64,000 nt of DNA from Nitrospirales bacterium (GTDB lineage: Bacteria > Nitrospirota > Nitrospiria > Nitrospirales > UBA8639). The position numbers and the translations under genes are program-made. Shown one piece after another: positions 10,993 through 19,743 of this stretch. The stretch's first letter is position 1; each line of letters begins with the position of its first letter. The notes below the pieces were generated by a model. The model did no database searches, was not told where the DNA came from, and saw only the letters and a list, made by a program, of their open reading frames with translations. The stretch spans positions 1,568,001 to 1,632,000 of the forward strand of contig OY820905.2 in NCBI GenBank assembly GCA_963555755.3, given 5' to 3'.

Positions 10993-12042
10993 CTAGTGAA
11001 AACGTTTCTCGACACTCTCTGCCAAACGTTCGAGCAGCGGCTTCGTTGCCTCCCACCCCAAACACGCATCCGTAATACTTTGACCATAGGTTTCAGCTTT
11101 ACCATCAACGACATCCTGTCGACCTTCCACCAAATGGCTCTCGATCATCACTCCGACAATATGGTTGTGCCCACTTTTGATTTGCTTCGCCACATCTTCA
11201 CCCACGGCAACTTGTTGTACAAATTGTTTGCGGCTATTCGCATGACTGAAATCGATCACAATTCCCGTTGACACGTGACTGTCTTTTAATTTCGCAGAAC
11301 ACAGTGCAACATTGTCGCGATCGTAGTTCGGTTCTTTACCGCCACGCAAAATTACATGGGCATCCTCATTGCCCGTCGTTTGGTAAATTGCGGTGGAGCC
11401 CTGTTGCGTTGGCGATAAAAATATATGGGGGTGGTTGGCAGAATTAATCGCATCCACGGCTATGGTAATATTCCCGTCAGTACCATTTTTAAATCCAACC
11501 GGACACGAGAGCCCAGACGCCAACTCCCGATGAATTTGACTTTCGGTGATACGCGCCCCAATCGCACCCCAACTAATGAGATCCGCGTAGTACTGTCCGG
11601 TAACAATATCCAGAAACTCTGTCCCCGCAGGCAAACCCATACCGTTGAGATCGACAAGAAGTTGGCGCGCTAAACTCAACCCTTTATTGATTTGGAAGCT
11701 TTCATCCAGATCAGGATCATTGATCAAACCTTTCCACCCCACTGTTGTACGAGGTTTTTCGAAATATACGCGCATGACGATTTCCACTCGATCTTTTAGT
11801 TTCTCGCGTATTGGCCGCAATTTTTCCCCATACTCGCAGGCGGCTTTGACATCGTGTATGGAACAAGGCCCAACGACAATGAGCAGCCTTCGATCGCGAC
11901 CATGAAGAATGTCGCTGACGGCCTTGCGTGTTGCCAACACCAAATCTTCGATGTGTTGATTGGAAGGGACTGCACGAAAAAACTCCTCCGGAGGGGCGAC
12001 CTTCTCAATATGCACGATTCGTCTATCAGACGTCTTGGGCAT
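10993..12042 (-). CDS. aroG: Class I-alpha DAHP synthase (AroF/G/H family; isozyme uncertain)
   Basis: GPCSIHD, MRVYFEKPRTTVGWKGLINDP, GAIGAR, PVGFKNGT, DFSHANS, YGQSITDAC. Confidence 0.92.
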   Translation of the reverse strand: MPKTSDRRIVHIEKVAPPEEFFRAVPSNQHIEDLVLATRKAVSDILHGRDRRLLIVVGPCSIHDVKAACEYGEKLRPIREKLKDRVEIVMRVYFEKPRTTVGWKGLINDPDLDESFQINKGLSLARQLLVDLNGMGLPAGTEFLDIVTGQYYADLISWGAIGARITESQIHRELASGLSCPVGFKNGTDGNITIAVDAINSANHPHIFLSPTQQGSTAIYQTTGNEDAHVILRGGKEPNYDRDNVALCSAKLKDSHVSTGIVIDFSHANSRKQFVQQVAVGEDVAKQIKSGHNHIVGVMIESHLVEGRQDVVDGKAETYGQSITDACLGWEATKPLLERLAESVEKRFH

Positions 12043-12262
12043 CTTGGGTTTCCGTATCGTTTAACCTAGAAACAGCAGTTGGGCGCAAAAAAGACGTGTA
12101 AGATATTGGTGTGCATCGTGAAAGAGAAAAAGTCGTGGTCACCTTTGTGGTGATGAGACATTTTTCTCTTTTGCGAGGTGCGCCAAGAGCTTGCGCGGAC
12201 TTTTGTGATCCAACTGCTGTTTCTAGGTTTAAGGCTCTTCAGAATTTCGTGGGGGTGTCTTG

Positions 12263-12420
12263 CACCCTCTCCCTTGAAGGGAGAGGGTGGGGGTCCAGTT
12301 CGCCAACCTGATCCCCCGGAGAGCTGACACCGTTCCCAAATCCTGTGGCCAGAGAGCATGAGCCGTTTTTGGCTCTTGTACATTTCCCCCCTCCCCCTCT
12401 CCCCTCCGGGGCGAGGGAAC
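12263..12420. repeat. CCCTCTCCC...GGGAGAGGG palindromic repeats
   Basis: CCCTCTCCCTTGAAGGGAGAGGG and CCCTCTCCCCTCCGGGGCGAGGG in the intergenic region. Confidence 0.6.
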
Positions 12421-13236
12421 AGGACAAGCGGGGAAGAAGGAAGGAGACCAAAGCTCACACGGTTCTGCAAATCCGCAATAAGAACGCGTCCCTTCCAAAA
12501 CGTTTAGACCTGAGGAGTCTCAGCCACCAGTCTTCCTCTCTTTTGATGACCACCTGTCCGCGAACATGCATGACCTAACCGACTTCGTTACACCAAAAAC
12601 GGGCTGCTGAGGGCCATATAGCCCATGGCCATGCCGATCAACAGGAAGAGAGAGCCGATGGCTCGTTCCATCGTGCGCTGGGAGACGAGGCCTTGCAGAC
12701 GAGGGCCAATCTGGCCCCCGATAATGACGGCGGGAATGGTATAGATGACAACATTCCATGGTAGGGCATTCAAGCCACCTTGGGCAACCAGTGTCGAAAT
12801 TTGCGTAAACGAGGCGGTCGCGCAGACCACGACCACGACAAACACGGAGGTTGCGGCCGCCACCGGGATGGGCACACCGTTGTGCTTGGCCAATTGGGTC
12901 ATCACCACTTCGCCAATGCCGACGCCTAACAAGCCCGTAAAAAATCCGCCAATGCCGGTGACGATGGCGCCTTGGCGTTGGCGGGGCTGTTTATAGGAGT
13001 AGGTTCGTCCGTCCCGACACGTAATGGTCAGAGTCGGGCGGTCCGCTGGCTCGGAAGCCACGCCATGTTTTTGCCCCAAGGGCCTGACCCGCCTTGGGTC
13101 GTGGTGGCAGATCAATTGATAGGACAGGATAAACATCAACACCGCATAGCTGCCGCGAAGAATTCCCTCAAAGTCTTTGAACGTGGTCAGAAGGATCGCC
13201 CCGAGAATCCCGATAGGAACGGCGACCAGGATAAAT

Positions 13237-14823
13237 CCCAAGATCCGCGATGGATTTATTTTGGGCATAAAAAAACCTCGTTGATTTGCTAAGATACGGG
13301 TGCCCACCCCCTTAGCCACTCCTCACCAACGAGGTGAAACGAATGATGCCACAAACCGTTCTTCCGTTCAAGCTTGAGCCCACCGACGAACAGCTCACCG
13401 CTCATGGCGGGCTGGCGCTGTTCGGGGAGTTTCTCCAAGCCATGAATGTGCCCCGGCAACTCAATGCGGCCTTGCCCGCGCCCGGGAGCCGCATCGGCTA
13501 TCACCCCGCCCAATTTGTCGAGCCCCTGCTGCTGATGTTGCATGGCGGGGGCCGGACGCTGGAGGATCTGCGCCAGATTCGCGAGGATGCGGGCTTGCGG
13601 GCCGTGCTGCGACTCCCCGTGGTTCCCAGTGCCGATGCCACGGGCGATTGGCTGCGACGCATGGGGGAGAAGGATGGTTTAGCAAGTTTAGCCGTCGTCA
13701 ATCAGCAGCAGATCCGGCGGGCGTTGAAGCGGGAACCGCGCACGGACTATACCCTCGATCTTGATGCCACGCAGATTGTCGCGGAGAAGCAGGCAGCCAA
13801 ATGGACGTACAAGGGGGAGCGAGGCTATCTGCCGATGCTGGGGCACCTGGCGGAAAATGGGCTGGTGCTTGGGGAGGAGTTTCGTGAAGGGAATGAGGCT
13901 CCGGCGTCCCGCAATCTTGAATTCACCCAGGCGTGTGCGGCGCAGATGCCCAAAGGCAAACGGATTGCTCATGTGCGGGCGGATAGTGCGGCGTACCAAG
14001 CGGAGTTGTTCAATTGGTGCGAGGAGCACAACGTGACGTTTGCGATTGGGGGCGTGCAGGATACGGCCGTGCAGGCCGTCATTGCCGCCATCCCTGAGAG
14101 CCAGTGGCAACCCTACCGAGATGGCCATCTCGCTGAAACGGTACATTGTATGGCGAAGACCAAGCAAGCCTTTCGCCTCATCGTATTGCGACGGCCCGTG
14201 CAACAGGATCTGTTTGCCCCCGAGGCCCCCAGCCTGCGCTACACGCTGATTGCGACGAACCGAGATGGAACCCCTGAGGAGATTGTACGATGGTACAACC
14301 AGCGGGGCGAGACCAGCGAGAATCGCATCAAAGAACTGAAGAGTGGCTTTGGCATGGAACGGCTTCCGTGTGGGACCTTCGCGGCCAATGCCGTCTTCTT
14401 TCGCATTGGCGTGTTAGCCTACAACCTGTTTGTGTTGTTCAAGTTGTTGGCGTTGCCCTATGCCTGGAGCCAGTGCCAAGTGCGCACGGTGCGTTGGCGG
14501 CTGTATCAGGTGGCGGGCAAAGTGGTCCGGCATGCTGGTGCCGTGATCCTCAAAGTGCAACAACAGCTGTGGGGCTTGTGTGAGGAGATTCGGACGCGCT
14601 GTGCAGAAGCTGCCCAGCCTTATTAAGCCGGGGCAGGGGACAGCACAAGAGAAGAAGGAAGCAGGAAGGGAGTGGTCTGCCCAAAAGGCTGGTCGATCCC
14701 ATGTCAGGACAGGCAACTCTGGGAGGTGGCTCAAATCCAGCCAGACCATTGACTAAGCAATGGCGCGAACACGTGGGTTTTGCCAAAGGACCTCTGTTGA
14801 CCAAACCCATCGCGGATCTTGGG
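13237..14823 (+). mobile_element. IS1380-family IS, complete
   Basis: IR CCCAAGATCCGCGATGG; 5 bp TSD TAAAT at 13232-13236 and 14824-14828. Confidence 0.95.
13334..14626 (+). CDS. IS1380 transposase
   Basis: LTAHGGLAL, LDLDAT, VRADSA, YNQRGETSENRIKELK. Confidence 0.95.
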   Translation: MKRMMPQTVLPFKLEPTDEQLTAHGGLALFGEFLQAMNVPRQLNAALPAPGSRIGYHPAQFVEPLLLMLHGGGRTLEDLRQIREDAGLRAVLRLPVVPSADATGDWLRRMGEKDGLASLAVVNQQQIRRALKREPRTDYTLDLDATQIVAEKQAAKWTYKGERGYLPMLGHLAENGLVLGEEFREGNEAPASRNLEFTQACAAQMPKGKRIAHVRADSAAYQAELFNWCEEHNVTFAIGGVQDTAVQAVIAAIPESQWQPYRDGHLAETVHCMAKTKQAFRLIVLRRPVQQDLFAPEAPSLRYTLIATNRDGTPEEIVRWYNQRGETSENRIKELKSGFGMERLPCGTFAANAVFFRIGVLAYNLFVLFKLLALPYAWSQCQVRTVRWRLYQVAGKVVRHAGAVILKVQQQLWGLCEEIRTRCAEAAQPY

Positions 14824-15144
14824 TAAATGGGAGGGCGGTCGAAAAATCAATCAAGTGTTTATAGTAATAGCCCACAAAGCCAGAGGAGAACCCGAAGGTT
14901 TCGGTGAGCAACGCCACGCCAATCGCCACCGCAATGCTTTCAAACGCATATTCAGGCCCCAAGATTGGAAAGATGATCATAAAGATTGGGGTGAACAGGG
15001 CCGCACCACCTATACCGCTGAGCATAGCGATCGTGGCCACACAAATAGCGACGGGAAACATAAACCAGTAGATCGTCCAATCGAATTGCGCCAATTCCAT
15101 ACTGAAAAATTCCTGAGAGTAAGTGTAGATGCCTTCGCAAGATC

Positions 15145-17502
15145 TTACTGGCAGCTCTTCTCCGCCTCCTCTCGGGACTCGAAGACGTTCCCGTTCTCCG
15201 CGAGGATGGAGAGCCGATCGATGGGTGCGTGGTAGGAGACGCGGTTTGGTCCGCCCGGCCCGAGCCAGGAGACCTCGATACGCTCTATCGTGTCAGCCGC
15301 ACCGAGACCTATATCGGCGAGATAGGGGGCGCTGCCGAAGCCTGTCTTGTTGTCCATGTGGCTGTAGTACACTTTGGACTCGGTATTTCCATTCTTGGTG
15401 TGCACCGCGATCGTTGATCCCAGGCCGTTGCGGTTGGCGACGCAGCCCTGGAGCCGCAGCTTGATCCAATGGTTGTCGGTCTGGCTCTCGTTCAGGAAGA
15501 GCTGGTTCGGCCACACATCGCCAGGCCAGAAGCCACCGAGGCTGGAGTAGATATCCTGGTCGCCATCCCGATCGAAGTCCGCAAAGACGATGCCGTGGCC
15601 CTTCTGAATTGTACCGAAGCCGTAGAGCATCGAGACATCGTCGGTTCCGGGGCCCTCGCCACGCTCGGGTCGGCCGAGGAGCATCTGATTCGGCAGGACG
15701 TACCAGCCCTCGGGCCCCCCCGTGCCGAGGTACCAATCGAGAGCCCCATCGTGGTTGAGGTCGCCGAAGTTGACACCCATCGGCGACTGGGGGAACTCGC
15801 CAAAATAGCCCGAGTCCTTCTCCCAATTCCCGGCTTTCTTTTGGAGCCAGACCCGCGACTGAGTCTGATAACGATCTTTGCCAGTCTGGAAGACGACCTG
15901 TTCTGTCACGGAATCGGCCACACCCAGTCCACCCACGAACAGGTCAAGCCGGCCGTCGTGGTTCGTGTCGACGAACGAGGTCATGAAGCCGAAGGCGTGC
16001 GAGTCGATCACATCGACGGCTTGAAAACGTCCACCTTCATTGTGAAGCAGGACCTCACTCGGAGCATAGAAACGGGTGACGGCCAAGTCCAGCTTGCCAT
16101 CGCTGTCATAATCGCCAAAGGCCGCCCCGATAATGAAGTGTCCATCCGTCACGGCATTGACGCCATACTCGTCGGTCACCTCGACAAAATGGCCGTCGTC
16201 GTTGCGGAAGAGCATGGACCGCGCATTCTCGTCGAGCGAGAAGACAGCGTGGAACCAGCTTCGTTTAAAATAGGTGCTATAGCCGTGAGCGTTGGCAACA
16301 AAGAGATCCAGATCTCCGTCGCTATCGATATCCCCCCAGGCCGATGCCCACGTCTGAAAGTACCGCTCATCATCGGCTGCGATCAAACCCGTGGAGCGCG
16401 TAACGTCCTCGAATGTGCCGTCGCCTTGGTTGCGCAGCAGAATGAAGTCACCGCGTTCGCTTCCGAAGTGCCGCCCGAAGAAGAGATCGATCCATCCATC
16501 GTTATCGTAGTCGGCCGCAGTGACGATGTGACCGGCCTTAAAGGCGGCGAGGCCCGATTCGACGGATCGATCGACGAAGGTCAGCTGGCCAAGCTCTGTG
16601 CAGCGATTCTCGTAGTAGGTGGTAGCCCTAAACCCGGAGGCGGTCACGATATCGAGGCACCCGTCTCGGTTGAAATCTTCGACAGCAATGCCCCTACCGG
16701 CACCCGGGCCGCCTGCGGCTCGAGACCAGTCGACCCCAATCTGCCCAGCCACGTCCCGGAAACGCAAGTTGGTGAACTTTGCCTCGATCTCTTTGCGCGC
16801 CGCGCCGTAGAAGAGGCTGTGAAAGGGGCTGTCCTCCACGAGCGCGTAGCGCTCGGGCACGCCCTCCGGGAAATCGTCGGCGGCCATCAACGTGAAGTTG
16901 ACCAGCCACTGGTAGAGTGGGTTGGGTCCATAGTCGTCCAGAAGCTGGGTCCACAGGTGGGCTGCCGACCGAGTCGGGGACTTGTCGTGGTGGTAGAGTT
17001 CCAAGGGAAGGGAACACATCCTCGAGTGGTCGAGCTCGGTCTCGTGATGGCCCGACTCGGCAAGGAGCTGGTCCAGGCAATTTGAGGCCTCGCCGAGTCG
17101 CAGGTACGCCATCGCGAGCCAAAACAGGTGATCCTCGGATTGGCCGTCTTGTTCGATCAGGCGCTCGAAGTAATCGACCGACGCTTGGAATTCGCCCCGG
17201 TGCCACGCGCGCTGGCCACAATCGAAGAGGTCGGCCGACGACGACGCGCACGCTTCATGAGAAAGAGCGATCACACCAGTTCCGTCGTGGTATTCGAGAG
17301 TTCGGGTTTTAGGATCAAGGTAGGCAAAGAGGCCACCCATCGACACGAGCGAGCTGAGGGAATCGTGATACAGGACCGATATCGGCAGCGTGATCAAGAG
17401 CGGGTTCTTGATCCAGATGACCGCGGTCACCGCGACGAAAATGATGGTGAGCGACAGCAAAACCCGGAATACAATTCTGCGTATGTTTTTCACATTGTTC
17501 AT
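15145..17502 (-). CDS. Membrane-anchored TPR + FG-GAP beta-propeller + ASPIC/UnbV (CRTAC1-family) protein
   Basis: N-terminal TM, repeated DxxxDGxxD motifs, QKGHGIVFADFDRDGDQD, NHWIKLRL...NRNGLG...IGLG...VSW. Confidence 0.9.
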   Translation of the reverse strand: MNNVKNIRRIVFRVLLSLTIIFVAVTAVIWIKNPLLITLPISVLYHDSLSSLVSMGGLFAYLDPKTRTLEYHDGTGVIALSHEACASSSADLFDCGQRAWHRGEFQASVDYFERLIEQDGQSEDHLFWLAMAYLRLGEASNCLDQLLAESGHHETELDHSRMCSLPLELYHHDKSPTRSAAHLWTQLLDDYGPNPLYQWLVNFTLMAADDFPEGVPERYALVEDSPFHSLFYGAARKEIEAKFTNLRFRDVAGQIGVDWSRAAGGPGAGRGIAVEDFNRDGCLDIVTASGFRATTYYENRCTELGQLTFVDRSVESGLAAFKAGHIVTAADYDNDGWIDLFFGRHFGSERGDFILLRNQGDGTFEDVTRSTGLIAADDERYFQTWASAWGDIDSDGDLDLFVANAHGYSTYFKRSWFHAVFSLDENARSMLFRNDDGHFVEVTDEYGVNAVTDGHFIIGAAFGDYDSDGKLDLAVTRFYAPSEVLLHNEGGRFQAVDVIDSHAFGFMTSFVDTNHDGRLDLFVGGLGVADSVTEQVVFQTGKDRYQTQSRVWLQKKAGNWEKDSGYFGEFPQSPMGVNFGDLNHDGALDWYLGTGGPEGWYVLPNQMLLGRPERGEGPGTDDVSMLYGFGTIQKGHGIVFADFDRDGDQDIYSSLGGFWPGDVWPNQLFLNESQTDNHWIKLRLQGCVANRNGLGSTIAVHTKNGNTESKVYYSHMDNKTGFGSAPYLADIGLGAADTIERIEVSWLGPGGPNRVSYHAPIDRLSILAENGNVFESREEAEKSCQ

Positions 17503-17558
17503 CGCGCTATCTCCGCTTTCCGAAGTTGTGAAGGCTGTACCTCATGTCTTGCAGTCGT
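17499..17558 (-). pseudogene. 19-codon in-frame deletion relic ending in the 3' end of a CoA-ligase paralog
   Basis: GGGAGA-AAAAT-ACG start gives (M)TARHEVQPSQLRKAEIAR*, versus the ligase end KVQRSQLRKREIA*. Confidence 0.6.
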
Positions 17559-18054
17559 ATTTTTCTCCCTTCCCTTGACGTGGTTTTCGCTTGAAAACCG
17601 ACGTTGCCGTCCCAATGGCGGAACGCAACCTGCGCCACAGACGTGACAAGCCTAAGACTAAAGCGCCGACCCCGCCGGGGCCATACGGTGGGTAGGCCCG
17701 CAGCCGCGTGATCAAACCATCTTGGGTCTCGATCACGAAAACCTGGGAGAAATCCAGTTTCATGCCCATCTCGAGGACATGATGTGAGTCCACCTCAACA
17801 ACAGCTTTTCCTCCATCGGCAGACGTAAAGGAATGAACCACGACAAAACCGAAGCTCTTCATTTTGGGAAAGGCCCAACGAAGCCCTTCGAGAATCGCTT
17901 CGCGCCCCTCCATACGTGGTACGGGGTAATGCGGATCAACAAGAACTGCACCTTCGGCATACAGTCCGGCGATCGCAGTGAGATCTTTCGCTTCGACCGC
18001 CCGCAACAATTTTTCCATGAGAACGGCGGGAGTATCCTGTGTCCTATTCATCAC
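17542..18054 (-). CDS. SnoaL/NTF2-like protein
   Basis: AVEAKDLTAIAGLYAEGAVLVDP...GREAI...VFVIETQDGLITRLRAY. Confidence 0.85.
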   Translation of the reverse strand: MMNRTQDTPAVLMEKLLRAVEAKDLTAIAGLYAEGAVLVDPHYPVPRMEGREAILEGLRWAFPKMKSFGFVVVHSFTSADGGKAVVEVDSHHVLEMGMKLDFSQVFVIETQDGLITRLRAYPPYGPGGVGALVLGLSRLWRRLRSAIGTATSVFKRKPRQGKGEKYDCKT

Positions 18055-19682
18055 GCTATCTCCCTTTTTCGAAGTTGTGAACGTTGTACCTTGCCGGTTT
18101 TCGTCTCGGGCAGACTGTCAACAAACTCAACCTTCCGTGGATACTTATACGGGGCCATCCTGCTTTTGACGAATGCTTGGAGTTCGGCGATAAGGGCATC
18201 ACCCGGCTCGTATCCTTCCCGCACCACCACAAAAGCCTTGACGATGTTTCCACGCATTTCGTCGGGGGCAGCTACCACCGCGCATTGGGCAACCGCCTTG
18301 TGCTCCTGCAACGCCCCTTCCACCTCGGGGCCAGAAATATTGTGGCCCCCAGATATAATCATATCGTCCGCACGCACCTCAAACCAGAGGTACCCGTCAG
18401 CATCCTGTCGACAGAGATCACCGGTTATGTTCCAACCGCCCTCAACATAGTCTCGCTGCCGAGGATCGGCGAGATACAAGCACCCGATAGGACCCCGCAT
18501 CGCGAGTCTGCCAATCTCCTCCGGCGGTAGCTGGGTCCCTTTCTCATCAATGACCCTCGCCTCGTATCCCGGCACGGGCTTGCCAATGGAACCGGGTCGG
18601 AGGGCGTCTTGCGGCGAGGAGAGGCACATATGAAGCAACTCAGTCGTACCGAAGCCATTTCGAAGCGCGACACCGGTTGCCTCTTTCCAGGCTTCACAGG
18701 TTGCCAGTGGCAGTGGCTCACCACCAGCAAGACACAGGCGCAACCCTTTTAAATCCATGCTTTCTGCCTGATCGAGCATCATCCGATAGGCGGTAGGGAC
18801 GGTCACGCAGATAGTCGCCTTGAAGTCCTGCATGCCGCGGAGGAGCACCTGAGGCTTGGTCTCCTCAAGAAGCACCGACGAGGCTCCCACCCGCATAGGG
18901 AAGAAGACCAACACATCCAGTCCAAACACGAAGCCAATCGACAAGTTACTGATGAAGATATCGTCTGCGGTTGCTTGAAAGAGATACCGTGAACAGGCGT
19001 CACCGGCAATGAGTGCGCTGCGATGAAAATGTACAGCTGCTTTGGGTACTCCGGTGGTGCCCGAGGTAAACGCAATCAAGACCGGATCGTCTCCTGCCGT
19101 GGCCACGTTTCGAAACTCCGTCTCCTTTTTGGCCATCCGAAACTCCAGGTCGGCGCCAGCCTCCGGCTTCCCCGACCCATTGAAATAACAAATGTCCTCG
19201 CACACAGGCGCCTGGCGTTGCCCAGCTTCCATCTCGTCCGCAAGGCGCTCGTCGCAAAGGGCCAGCTTGATCTGTGCCTTCTCAAGGATGGTGCTGATCT
19301 CATGCGCACGCTCGAGCGACATGGTGGCCACCACAATCCCGCCGGCTTTGGCAACAGCAAACCAGCATGCCACCTGCATCGGATTGTTCAGCGAGCGGAT
19401 CAATACACGGTTGCCGGGGACGAGGTTAAAATCATCGACCAACACATGGGCGATCCGATTCGAAGCTTCAAAGAGGTCCCCATACGTCCATCGTTGAGTT
19501 GGCGTTCGGAAAACCACGCGATCACCGTCTTCTGCCAGTACCCTGCCATCGAGGAGCTCAGCCGCACAGTTGAGTCGCTCGGGGTACGGGAACTGATCGA
19601 GATGAATTCGATCAGGCCACTCTTGTTCCGGTGGCAGGTTGTTGAGGACAAACCGATCAACGTGACTCGTGTAGCCAATCAT
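18051..19682 (-). CDS. Aryl-CoA ligase, 2-aminobenzoate-CoA ligase-like
   Basis: Start reassigned to ATG 19682 (RBS AAGGAG). YTSHVDRFVLNNLPP...YPERLNCAAELLD; AFTSGTTGVPK; GFGTTE; TGD; PYKYPR; TGKVQR. Confidence 0.85.
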   Translation of the reverse strand: MIGYTSHVDRFVLNNLPPEQEWPDRIHLDQFPYPERLNCAAELLDGRVLAEDGDRVVFRTPTQRWTYGDLFEASNRIAHVLVDDFNLVPGNRVLIRSLNNPMQVACWFAVAKAGGIVVATMSLERAHEISTILEKAQIKLALCDERLADEMEAGQRQAPVCEDICYFNGSGKPEAGADLEFRMAKKETEFRNVATAGDDPVLIAFTSGTTGVPKAAVHFHRSALIAGDACSRYLFQATADDIFISNLSIGFVFGLDVLVFFPMRVGASSVLLEETKPQVLLRGMQDFKATICVTVPTAYRMMLDQAESMDLKGLRLCLAGGEPLPLATCEAWKEATGVALRNGFGTTELLHMCLSSPQDALRPGSIGKPVPGYEARVIDEKGTQLPPEEIGRLAMRGPIGCLYLADPRQRDYVEGGWNITGDLCRQDADGYLWFEVRADDMIISGGHNISGPEVEGALQEHKAVAQCAVVAAPDEMRGNIVKAFVVVREGYEPGDALIAELQAFVKSRMAPYKYPRKVEFVDSLPETKTGKVQRSQLRKREIA

Positions 19683-19743
19683 CTTGTTCACTCCTTCCGT
19701 CAGCACACTCCTCGGATACGGTGGTCCAGGGCCAGGGCTTCTC

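Larger units (their letters stand above)
12588..15100 (-). pseudogene. TauE/SafE-family membrane exporter split by IS1380
   Basis: AMLSGIGGAALFTP... and GFFTGLLGVGIGE...IGGQIG. Removing the IS restores FSTALPF-ILVAVPIG. Confidence 0.9.

Noticed and set aside
15469..17085. 538 aa plus-strand ORF
   Set aside because: It is the antisense shadow of the GC-rich CRTAC1 gene and has no motifs.
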